From Nymphaea colorata (lineage: Eukaryota), in assembly GCF_008831285.2 (NCBI RefSeq), contig NC_045138.2:7626001-7690000 (forward strand): a stretch of 64,000 nucleotides of DNA, given 5' to 3'. Positions 11,177 to 23,600 of the stretch are shown in pieces. The position numbers were made by a program, and so were the translations under genes. A model generated the notes under the pieces. It was given only the letters and a program-made list of their open reading frames with translations, was not told where the DNA came from and did no database searches. The stretch's first letter is position 1. Each line of letters starts with the position of its first letter.

Positions 11177-14100
11177 TGTAGACCCCAACTCCAGGATCAC
11201 TCGTGGGAGCCAAGACTAACTAAAAACAAATTATATTTACAAAGACTTATCCCTGCTGGACAGCAACCCCGGCTTAATAGTTCCCTAGGTCAAAGATACA
11301 AGTGTATTTACCCGGAACGAAGGCTTCAAACCTATTACAATGCTAAGGGGATCAAGGCTGGTACAAACGTGAGCACTCTCACAACTCACTCATCATTCAT
11401 TCCAAACCATTCATACAATCCTTAAGAATGGCCAAACCATGCCCTTTCCCTTTGGTGGTCTAGCTACTCGCAACCGTGTCCTTGGCAAGGTGCCTTGGAG
11501 GGACTACCGACAGTAGCAAATGGCTAGAGCCTGGCTTAGAAAGGAAAGTGCACCCAATTACCCACGTTCTATAGGGTGGTTAGAAGTTACCTTGCCGATG
11601 AGAGATCGGCTTAAACAGCAATAGGATTCGAGAGAAATCCAGTGGTGAAGCCACTCTCAGATATCGCAGCATGATGGTGAGGAGGCAGGGGCTCGGCCCA
11701 CCTGGCCGAGGTTGCCTAGGCGCCTGTGTGGTTGATCGGCTGCTGTAGGCTATGAGTGCAGCAATAAGGCCGTGTGAAGTTGTCGCCTGCTGAACTGATA
11801 GCTCTGATCTGAACACAAACAACCTTGGAGATGAACCTAACTAATGGACTCCAAGGGGTAAGGCCATGCTCCGAACAAGGAGCTGAGCTCGATATGAGTT
11901 AGATGGGTCCGGTCTAGGTAGATCTGGATAAGGTATGACTCAATGGCGATAGGGATTGGATGGTACGGCTAGAGGGAGTGGGTTAGAGTAAATGCTAGTG
12001 AGTTAAACATAAGAGCGGTTAGGCTTAGGGAATGTTAAGGGATGGCTCGTGTGATGTGAGGGAGTAAAGGCTAGAGGTTAATGATGAGGGGAATGGTAAT
12101 TAGGAATGATATGGCAAAGTCTTAGAGTTATGACTCGGGTGAGAAGGGTGATTAAGGTATGAACGGTTGTGCCAAGGTGGGCAAGTGAAGGGTCATGCGA
12201 GAGGCAATGGGGAGTAAATGGACTTAAGGCTTGGATAATGATGGAGTGAGGTGTTAACGATGGAGTGGTGCTAGGTGGCGAGCTATGAGGATGAAGACCC
12301 TTGAGTTTGTATGGGTTTAGGAACGAGAGGAGAGTCCAACGGGTGGAGGTAAGGGACACTTGGCATAAGTTAGAGATACTTACCTTCATTCTTCATGATT
12401 ATGGAGGTGGTGCGTGGAGTGATGTGAGGGAAGGGATTTAATCCTTTTGGAGGTTGTGATATGCGAGTGGCCTTGGGGCCTTTGATGGTGACACGTGGTT
12501 CAATGGATGGCTGGGATTGATGGTGCTTGAGAGTTTTGTAACTCTCGTTTTAATGAGAGGGTGCCGAAGAGGTAAGAAAGGTGACGAGCGAAGGTGTAAC
12601 GCTCAGCAGCTCGCCCTCTCGTCTTTACTCGATGGAAGATCAAAAGATTGAATTTCCCCTTGTAATAAAACCAAACTTTGATTATGTAATTAATATACCA
12701 AAGGCAATTGAGGGATACCTGCAAATGATGAGCATCGATCGGGTTTCACCGAAAATGAGGCAGCGTTGAAGAATTCCGGCGGCAGCAAGTGATTTCCGTC
12801 CCAAGGCTGGATCTCACTCGATTCTTGTCCGAATTTGATTAAACTTAGATTGATGATAGCCAGGATCTGGGCGATCCTAACTGAACAAACGAGAGAGTGA
12901 AAACTGCCTGGATTTTGCTCAGAATTGATCTGAAACTTCCGCCCAATTTGCTGTCTCGATTCTGCCTAGCCGAGTGTGGGCTTTTTTGCACGGATTGGAA
13001 GTTGGCTAGCAGAGATGAATCTCCTTTACTTGACACCAATCTGAGAATTGAAATTGAGGTGATTGGTGTTATCGTGGACAAGTTCTCAAGCTGATTCACA
13101 GATGTGTTCAATGCAATTTGACCGGCCTTCTGCCGGTGAATTCCGATGAACGCCTCAAGCTTGTCACCGTGAGAGATAGTCCAAGAACTGTGGCTTCTAT
13201 CTTCCTTTCCAGCAACCTTTTCTCTGATTTTGGCCGAGGTAAAGAAGCTTACTAGGGTCGATTTCTGGAGGCCTCAAGTTCTGCTCGGGAAGGAAGGGAC
13301 CGGGAGATGCTTTCGGTACCAACCTGATTTCCAAACAGCCGGATGTCTCTACTTGAGTACTAGTCGGTAAGAACCACGGACCGATCTTCTCCAAGTCTTC
13401 CCTTGATCTTCTTCCAGCTTCTAATCTCTTCTAGGATTGAAGAGAATGCACCATGAAGAAGGTAAGCAGTCTGCTAGGGGATTGAGCATAGGATGAATAC
13501 AACAATGGAGGCCGGCAGCTTCCTTGCACAAATTCAGCCTTTGATTCAGCAGCCAGAGCCATGGGCTGTTGTTTTGGAAATCCTGGTCACCACCATGAAG
13601 GGGCGAGAGGAAGAAAGAAACTCCCACACAGGGAAGAGAGACAACGAACCAAACTTTCTTCTTCTATTCAACTTTGCATAATGAAAAAAGACTTACAAAA
13701 GAGTTTAAGTACTTGAAATAAAAACTGGTTCTAACACATGAACCGAGACACTTGCTGAAATGAAAATGACTCAAATTAAGCAAATGCATAAAGGAAAATG
13801 AACCGAGACGGGACGTCTTGAAAGCTAGAACCCCTCGAACCTTGTGAGCTCGAGGTGGCGACTTGTCTGGGTGCTGCCCAGACTCAGTAAGTATCGAGTT
13901 AGCCTTACCCATGAGGGCTTAGCCATATAATTTGTCTAAGTTAGGAGTTAGACTAGCACGTTGGACCCGGTTGTAGGACTAGACTCTCGATTCGAACTTG
14001 TTTCAGCCGGGTCTAGGTCTTGATATGCCTTGAAGTTCTCGGCCCTCTGTCCATGTTCAGCTGTTGATGCTCTGCCCGTACTTGGTCGCTTGGTGCTCCG

Positions 14101-14525
14101 CCCACTGCACCTACACCAAGTATTTTGTTAACCTCCCTAAGCTCTAATTCCTCTGTCACTACAACCGGTCTCCTGAAGCCTCGGGAGATATTCTCTTTAT
14201 GCTTCTGGCTGCTCACACCTAACATCATCATCTTGGTGTGAGCTATACATGCTCGACCCTTCTTAGCCGAGTATGCTTTGGCCTTGCTGACCACGTCGGC
14301 GCTTCTCTCCTTCGGTTTACGCCCTTCATTGGCTGCGCGTTGGCCCACTGTATCCTTTGCCTTTAGCCTCTCTTGCTTGGCAGTCAAGTTGTACCCTGCC
14401 TCGCTGCGGCTTAGGCCCTTGTTACGAGCTGTTGGCCTAGCCTCGACCACTCTCTCGGCCATCGTCGGCTGGGATAGATTTAGGCTCGCATCAAAGACAC
14501 TAAAGAAATCTGATTTGAGGCTACA
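11177..14525 (-). mobile_element. probable large Gypsy-type LTR (solo or remnant), about 3.3 kb
   Basis: GC-richer non-coding block with imperfect inverted termini (TGTAGACCCCAA and minus-strand TGTAGCCTCAA) and an AGTCGCCACC motif on the minus strand (about 13854-13863), recalled from Tat/Ogre-type LTRs. No TSD (CCGAG vs ATCAT) and no PBS. Confidence 0.5.
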
Positions 14526-15174
14526 ATCATTGACAAACAAAACATGATATTTTTAAATCCAAAATGAAAAAAATGATAAGGTGATCCCCACAAGCCCGAG
14601 TGAATTTTTTTCAAATAATTAAATTGGTACTAGTCCATTCATGATCAATAAAAGAAGACAACAACATTTGCCAAATTGACAGCTATTTAAACACCATTAT
14701 GAATTGATACAAAGGTTAGGGTTTTCAGACCCTAATCCTATAGATTTGGGACTACTAAGATTGGTCTATTGATGCTATCTCTACTTAGGCAAATAATGAA
14801 AAAAAAAACAAAGGAAAAGACATTGATTTATCACTCTTTCAACCAACCTTAAAATGAGGTCCACGTCCTTCTATGTAGAGGAAGGGGTGAAGCATGAACC
14901 TAGATCCATGTAAATAAGATTTTGAATCTTTGTAAATATAGTTACATGAGTTTGGACCTCAATACATGGATCCTTTACACACTGAACAAGATTTAATGTC
15001 CATATTAAAAACAAACTATAATTGAACACTTTAAACAACATTTGATTACAAAACAATTTCCTAAGCACCTAAGTCAGACATATTTGGCATCTGAGTATAC
15101 TCTTGTGTCAATCTCCTTGGAGAGAAGTCACCTTTGAGAAATTTAAAAAATTTATAGTAGGCAATTAAATCAAA

Positions 15175-17280
15175 ATGGAGAAAAATAGTCATGTAGAAGA
15201 ATTAGTCACTCAAACTTATTGACTGACCGGAAAATATATAATATAATGCATTATAAATGAGATGTGGGATTTGAATCATCACCATCATAATGGATAGCAT
15301 TTTCCTCATCAAAGCTCTCCTTAGATGACCCTTTCTATAGTCATATTGACTTAGTTCATGATTGGGGTTCTTTGAAAGCATCTGCTAGGTGTGCCTACTT
15401 AGGGCTGCACAATGAGTCGAGCCAGCTCGAGCTCGTTTTGAACTCAACTCATTTACAAATAAGTTGAGTGTGAACTCAAATATATGCTTGAAATGTTAAA
15501 CAAGTTGACTTCGAGTTATAAGAACTCGACTCATTTAAAATTGACTATTATTGACTATATGATGAATACTATAATATAATGAGAAAATAGTTAAATTATA
15601 GCAACTAAATGAGTTAAATGAGTTAGAAAAGACAGCCTTAACAAAAATGAGTTAAACGAGTTGAGATTGAGCACGATGCTATGTTGTTGAGTCAAGCTTA
15701 AGCCTGTTCAATGTTGAGTCAAGCTTAAGCCTGTTCTATGGAGCTTGACTTGTGTTCAAGCCAGCTTGAGTTTTTTGAGTTGAGTTGAGCTTAAGCTTGC
15801 CGAGCTTGAACTCGAGCTCGAGCTCGAGCTTGACTCAGAATGGAGAAGACAAGTAGTCATGTAGAAGAATTAGATCACTCAAACTTACTACGTAACCCAA
15901 AAATGTATAATATAATGCATTTTATAGGAGATGTCGGATTCAAATGATCACCATCATAATGGACGATGTTTTCCTCATTAGAGCTTCACTCAGTTGTCTT
16001 TTTACATAGTTAGCTTGACTTTGTTCTTGACTTGGGGTTCATTGAAGACATCTGCTAGGTGTGCCTACTTGGGGCTGCACATGTGACTTGAGCCAGCTTG
16101 AGCTCAACTTGAACTCAACTCATTTATAAGCAAGTCGACCTTAAATTCAAGCTTATGCTAAAAATGTTAAGCGAGTTGAGTTCAAGAACTTGACTTGTTT
16201 AAACTTGACTATGCTTAATTACATAATGAATACTGAAATATAATATGAGAATAGTTTCACGTGTAGCAGCTAAATAAGTTGAATGAGTTAAACAAGTTAA
16301 AAAAACGGACACAAACTTAACGAAAAAAGTTAAATGAGTCAAGCTCAAGCTCGACACTGTATTGTTGAGTCAAGGTCAAGGATGTTCTATGTAGCTCTAC
16401 TCAAGTTCAAACTGAGCTCAAGCTCAACTTCCAGCTCAAGCTCAACTCAAGAGAAGATAAGTAGTCATGTAGAAGAACTAGGTCACTCAAATCTAGTGAC
16501 TAACCTGAAAATATAAAAGTTAGTGCATTCAGAGAAGATGTGGGTTTCACATCATCACCATTATAATAGATAACATTTTCCTCAACAAAGCTCTCCTCAC
16601 TTGATTCTTTCCATAGTCGGTTTCACTTTATTCTTGACTTGGGCTCTTTGAAAGCATCAACGAGGTGTGTCTACTTAGGGATGCACAATGGGACGAGCCT
16701 TCTTGATCTCCACTCATTTATAAATGAATCATGCTCGAGTTCAAATATATACTCGAAATGTTAAACAAGTAAAGTTCGAGTTATAAGAACTCGACTACTT
16801 TAAACTTGTCTCAGCTCAACTACATAATGAATGCTTAAATATAATGTAATAATAGTTAAACAAGTACCAACTAAACGAGTTCAATGAGTTAAACAGGTTA
16901 AGAAAAAGACATGATTAATAGGAACAATTTAAATGTGTTGAGCTTGACCTCAATGCTGCATTGTTGAGCATTGTCTGGCTCAAGCTCGAGCTCAAGTTTT
17001 TTGAGTCAAGTCGAGCTCGAACTGCCCCAGCTGGAACTTGACTCAAGATGGAGAAGGTAAGTGGTCATGTAGAAGAAATAGGTCACTCAAAACTTATTTA
17101 CTGATCCAAAAATATATAATATAATGCACTTTAGAGGAACAGTGAGAGTCAAATCATCACCATTATAGTGGATGACATTTTTCTCTTCAAAGCTCTCCAT
17201 AGTTCACTCTTACCATAGTCGGCTTGACTTTGTTGTTGACTTGGAGTTCTTTGAAAGCATCTACTAGGTGGGCCTACTTA
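15175..17280 (+). repeat. tandem array A-B-A-B-A-B-A (A about 225 bp; B a one-ended GAGCTCG-rich hAT-type MITE)
   Basis: A starts near 15175, 15840, 16450 and 17050 (gtcatgtagaagaa..tcactcaaa). B starts with TAGGGCTGCAC-like TIRs at 15400, 16070 and 16676. Confidence 0.88.
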
Positions 17281-19980
17281 GTATGTATAGGACAATTAAC
17301 AGCTAAACTAATGACCATTTTCTCAACATTCAAAGCAAGGAATAGATTGATCCACTTGATAGGTTTTAATCTAGTATTATAGGCCTGACTTAATCGTTCA
17401 CTTTTGGCAGGAAAAGTTGGGACATATTGGGGTAGACAAGGCTTTGTGGTCCTATCTCTCCTAGTTTGGGACATATTAGAGTAGACAAGGCTTTGTGGTC
17501 CGGTCTCCCCTAGTTGGAGGAGTAGACCTAGAATATTTAGACATCTTTCCCCTATGTACTTAGCATTCGTATTTTCTTTTCAAGGTTTCTTCTGTATTCA
17601 TTGCATAACTATTAGCTTGATCTGAAGTGTCTTATATAGTCGAGTTAAACTCACTAAAAATAGCAAGATGTGAACCCGAAATATGCCTTGTATCTTCTTC
17701 TCACTCTCTCTCTACAACCTGCACTTTCAATAATAATGAACAGCATTCTTTGGCATATTCAATGAAAGACCTCAATTTGCTGAAGATGGACATACTCTAT
17801 AAAATTCTCAATCTACAAGCGTTCATTGTATTATTTTGTTGAATATGTCTACCAACCTGGAGATAATGGCCCAACAGAGCATGCACTGATCCCCAAACCC
17901 TTGCTTTGAGCCAATTGGAGAAAAGTATACTAAGAATGGGTGCAACCAAAGCAATAAAATCAATGCTTTTTATCCCCTTTAATTATGACAAAGTCCACTC
18001 TTTGTCCTCTATAACACAATGCAAAACAAAAGATTTACAACCATATGATAAATCTTGGGTTAGCTAATTGAATGAAAGTAATCTTTCTTTAAGTGTGGAA
18101 CACATAGACCCTTGGAAAGGGGTACATGTGAACCATTAGAAATAAGAGAACTGCAACTAATACGAGACACATAGACAGGCCCCCATTGTATATCATAACC
18201 TCATTGCTCACATTATCATCTTGGAAACATTTATGATGAGTATTAATAATGGCCATAAATCTATTTCACACAGTGTTGCTGGTTTCCTTCATTTATATAA
18301 AAGTAATTAGAGAAGAATAGAGTCCCCATGTGGCAATCTGGTATGTAACATTGAGTTTGATCTGTCCCTACTTTTTAGTTTCGATCTATCTATCAAAGAT
18401 ATGACATCAATGCTTATGAAAATGTTCATGCTTCAAGGTGAGGGCGTTAAAAAAACATGCATATTTATGCAGCAAAAATGGTAGCAAATAACAATTCATC
18501 AATGGCTTCAAATGGTAGCACCATATTTAGATAGGTCTGTTCACAATCACACAATCCTTTCATATCAAGTTCTTAGAACTTTGCTAAGGCCAAAAAAGGA
18601 TGCAAAAATTTGTTCTTCAATTTGTCTACAAAACATTGGAACTACCTTTGTTACAATTCAAGCTCTTCATTTCAGGATGATATTCTAGTTTTCTGCATGA
18701 ACAAACACAAATTAATGACAAGTATCCCCACAACATCCTTACAACATTCTATGTCCAACTACTACATATGTGTTTAGATTTTAGGAAAATAAGGCACTGA
18801 ACAAACCCAAGATTAGTAGACCTGCCTTAAATAGCTCATTGTTCACTTAGTTTGTTTTTAAGAGCTCATGTAATGCAACACCAAAGAAAAGAAGTCCAAC
18901 AAACCTATGTTCATACCAGAAAACTCAAACTATTGTTAATGTGATGGGAGGGGCCCAAACCGGGGTAACAATTTTATTTATTTGATTCTCAAAGAGAATA
19001 GGACATAGAAATTACTTGAAGCACTGATTCTAACTCCTGAAGAAGAAAGGCATTTGACGACATTACTGCACTTCATGAACAAGTTTGTCATAGACTTGAC
19101 ACACAATCCAATTTGCCACTTTCTTGAAGTTTTTGTTTTTATTAGTGCTTGACCATTTATTGCCTTTGCCTTAATAATTAGACCTTTTTTTTCTTGCTTG
19201 ACCATTTCTTGCCTCTGCCACTTGCTTGTATTACTTGTGCTGACATGAATCTTTCTGGTTTTACACAATATTTGATGTAGGTAAGGGGACAATCATCAGT
19301 TTTCTCATTTTCATGCTCAAAACGGGACTCTAGGATCAAGAGTAACCCATAAATTTCATTAAGATAAACCAGCCTAACAATAGTGATAATAGCAGTTCTA
19401 TAAGGAATATAATCATTTGGGAGAATATGTATGATATGCATCGTAAGATAATCAACATCTATTGTTTCTCAGCAATCACAACTTTGTGGAATAAAAGTTT
19501 GTCATGCTTAAAGTAATCATTCATATTTTGATCCCCCTTTTTCAAATCCTGCTACTGTTTTTATCGATCAGGTCTGAGCAGCATTAGCCTCTTCCGATGC
19601 CTTCCATATATCGAATGATGATCACAACAATAATTTGACAAGCTCAATCAAAAAATAAATTATGTTAGTACAAGTTAAGAAGATGAGATTCTTAGAATTG
19701 TCACATGTGAGTTTAATAAAAAAAATACTATAGACTAGACTTCGAATTAGGTCCTAGAGAAAAGGTTGGAAGAATAACAGCTAATTCAACTAAAGGTGTT
19801 TGAGTTCGTAGGTTGGCCATGACTGAAGCAGAAGAGAATCAAATCAATCACCACAATAGATTAGGAAGATCAGCAATACGTATTAATAAATGGATGAATA
19901 CTAGTGGGTAATTTTAAAACAATAAGCAAAACAAACAACAACTGAGCAAGAGAATCTCTCATACCATATATGGTACAACT

Positions 19981-20246
19981 AGGGTGGCACTTCGAAACTA
20001 GGTTTTTAGTGTATTTGGATGCCATCAAAACTGCGTTTGAAGAAAACTCAGTATTGAGAAAACCTGGTTTTGTAAAAGAAAGTAAAAAACTTAGTCCCCT
20101 TTAGGTTATTCAAAAACCAGGTTTTGGATGTGTCATCCCAAAAAAAAAAAAAAAAAACAAAGTTTCAAAAACACTAAAAACCTTGGTTTTCATAAAACCT
20201 AGTTTACAAAACTAGGTTAGAGGTGGGTGTCATCCACATGCCCCCT
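19981..20246. mobile_element. Tourist/Harbinger-like MITE (aaaacc/ggtttt-rich)
   Basis: gtgtatttggatg ... catccacatgcccc inverted motifs; copy at about 33685-33945 and a relative at about 61270-61500. Boundaries approximate. Confidence 0.45.
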
Positions 20247-20623
20247 AAGTGAAAAATCAAGGCATTGAAACATCTTTGTCTCTCTCTCTCTCTCTCTCTC
20301 ATTGCATCAGAGAGTTGCATGGTTCTCTCTCTCTCTCTCTCTCCCCCTTTGTAAAGCCCAAGGAAATAGTGCATGCCTAGAGGAATAATTGAATGGCCTA
20401 TTGTTTGCAAGCCTTCCAACCTAACCACCTGACCAGCTACACTTTCCCACTCAAGATAGGTGAGAGGAGAAAAAACGAAATAAATAGAGTAGAAGGGGAG
20501 AGAATGGGGACAACAACTTCAGACCGATCCCAAGTTAGGATCAAATGAATCCAGCCACATATGTATATATATTTGCACAATTTTTCCTTAGTTGCACTAC
20601 ACATAAAAAATATATGTAACTTG

Positions 20624-23600
20624 CACTACAAAAAAATAAACTTTATTGATGGCAGAAAGTGTCAGTATAGGATAACAAGCCGTCAGTATAAGTATCACTG
20701 ATGGATGTAGCGATCCGTCAATGTACAGACTGTCACTGAAACTTTGACTGACGGGAAATACCGACATCAATATAACTGAGATGAAGATATCATATAATAA
20801 ACAAACTAATTTAAATTAATAATAACAATAGCATTCAAGATCATCACAATATAGTAGAAGTAGCAAACGACAACATACTTAAATGTCATAGACTACTACA
20901 TGTATTTTGGGATTGAAGACTACATGTAGTGTAAATCCATACAAATGATAATCCATACAAATGATTTAGGCTGCTGTAAAGTACTTCACACACACACACA
21001 CACATCCAAACTATGAGAAGTTCGAAGAGGTGCATTGATAAGTTGCTTTCTACAAAAATTTGGTGTCAAGGGGAAAGGAGAAATTGTTTCTTTATCTTAT
21101 GCGACTTTGTTGGCAGCCAAGGATCCCAAGTTTTTTCTTTTTTGGTGTTAATGAAGCTGTTCGCATCCCCAAAATTTTTTGGTTTTGGAGTGCTCTAGAA
21201 AAATGAGTTTTGTTTTGAAAATAAGAAAGAAATGGACTCGCCCGTCGGTACGAGGATCGATCCTTCCCGGCTCCTTTACCAAGGGTAATCAATCCAAGGA
21301 CTATGTTTATCACTGATGCATTTCCTTTTGGCTTAAACTTCCTTTCTATATGCGGTGTAGAAGAACGTTGGAAGTTCGATGTTCAAACTTTTGAAAATGT
21401 TTCTTGAAGAATTGTTTGAGAATGTGAAACATTTTGAGGAAAACTAGAGTTGAGAAATCTTTATAAACATCATTTGGGAAGCTTGGGAAATCATTTTGAA
21501 GTCATTTTAGTGTTTTCTTAAGACTTTAAGTAGGTTTGAGATTTTTCTCTAATTCGGTTATCACCAAGTTAGAGCTCCATCTCATCTTGCTTAAGTTCTT
21601 TTAGAGATGTGTTTGTGATCATATGTGACATTAAGTGAGTGAAAATGAATGGATGCATTGATCATATATGATTGTAAGGGAAAATCATTCATTCCTACCA
21701 TAACATTCATCTAAATGCATTCATACCACATCGTACATCTAAGATTTTTGTTTTTGTAAATATCATATATATGAAGGAAATGTTTTTGAAAATGGATTGG
21801 GGTTGTAAACCATCTTGCATGAATCCAATATTGGGTCATTACTTGGTTTGTGGTCTTGATGAAGTCGGCAAATGAAAAATTAAAATCTTAAATGGTAAGA
21901 TATTGAAAGAATGGAAAATATGAAGGACTACATCCCAAGAGGGATATAGAGAAAGAAAAAGATCTTGAAAATCATAAAATCACATGTTTTGAAAAAGAAA
22001 GATATGTATTTGTATACATATATGAAAGCTTATGAAAATGATGTTTATATCAAGTAGAGAAGAAAAGATCATTTTAGAAAGAGAAATAGAGATTTTAAAA
22101 TGGAATACACGTACATATATATATTTATATATATGTATACGAGAGTTTGTAAAAGTATGTTAAAACATAGAAAGAGAAACAACAAAGAAAGATATTCATG
22201 TGTATGCATACATATATAACATGTATATACGCATACGTTTTCATGAATATGAAAATCAAGGAATGAATTGAAAATAGCCGACTTCAAATTTTGATATAGG
22301 CTGGAAGGGAGCTTGAACTCATGCAAGAGCCTAAGCTAAGTCTCCAAGGCCATATTAGAAGGTTTCTTTCAAAAATGTTTTTGAAAATATGACTTATATA
22401 AACATAAAATATTGTTATTCTATTGGTTGCAAGGAAATATATTTCTTCCACCGTTGGGTATGAAAGAAGCTCAAACCACAGGATAGGGTGCTCATTAGGG
22501 TTTCTAATTGGATGATTAAAAAGAAACTAATGCGAAACGATATGAAAATGCACTTTAACATGTACAAATTCATGAAGGTTCTTCCCGAGTTGGATAAACC
22601 CCAACCTCAAAAATTAATATGAAAATAAAGAGCCCTAAGCCATACTCTCATTCTCACCGTTCAATGGTATGTAAATAGAAAGATAATATCATGAATGAAT
22701 AATATCAAAACAATATTTAAGAAAAGAAAGAGAGCATGTTTCAACTATGGAATGGAATCTCATCTAGTCATGTTTTTGGTGCACTCGAGCATAGCCTCTT
22801 GACTCTAGAGAGTGAGAGCTATCTCCTATGGCCATGGGAAAGTGAGGAAGAGAGAAAACGAGAGAAGCAAAATATGAATGGAAAATCAAGCAACTACGCA
22901 TGAATAATATATAAACAATATTCAATGAAAGAAATAGAACATGATTCAACAATGAAATGAAATATTATCTCATCTTCTCATGTTCCCGGTGTACTTGAGC
23001 ATAACCTCTTGGCTCTCAAATAGAGTTGAGAGTTATCTCTTATGGCCATGGGGAAATGAAAAGGAAAAAAAAATAAAGAAAGCAAAAGAACAACAAGAAT
23101 GTATTCAAGAAATGAGATAACATAACTTAAGCATGGAAATGAAAGATCATCTCATCTTCTCATGCTCCCGGTGTACTTGAGCATAGCCTCTTGGCTCTAA
23201 AATAGAGTTGAGAACTATCTCTTTTGGCCATTGGGAGAGGAAGAAGAGAGGAAAGAAAATATGAGAGAAATGAGAGGGATAAAGATTACATACATCTAAA
23301 TGAGAAAATGATTTTGGGAAAATGAACAATCATGCTTGAAATAAACTTGAACTCACCTTGAATGAAGCTCCAAGATGATGAAGATGAGTCCTCAAGGGAT
23401 CTTTGGTGCTCCCTTGGAGAGTTGTAGCTAGCTCCAAGTTGAAGAAAAATGGAAAGAGGAAAAGGAAGAGAGAGAGAGCTCAAGAGAAACCCTAAGTCTT
23501 CAAGTGAGAATACTCTAGGGTTTCTCCCAAGGGCCACTCTTGCCCAAGAGAGGAGGAAGTGGAGAGTATTTATAGAAGATTTTGGAGCCAAAACCCTAAG

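Noticed and set aside
14013..14540. 175-aa minus-strand ORF
   Set aside because: No recognisable domain, and it lies in the LTR-like block; probably a chance ORF in GC-rich DNA.
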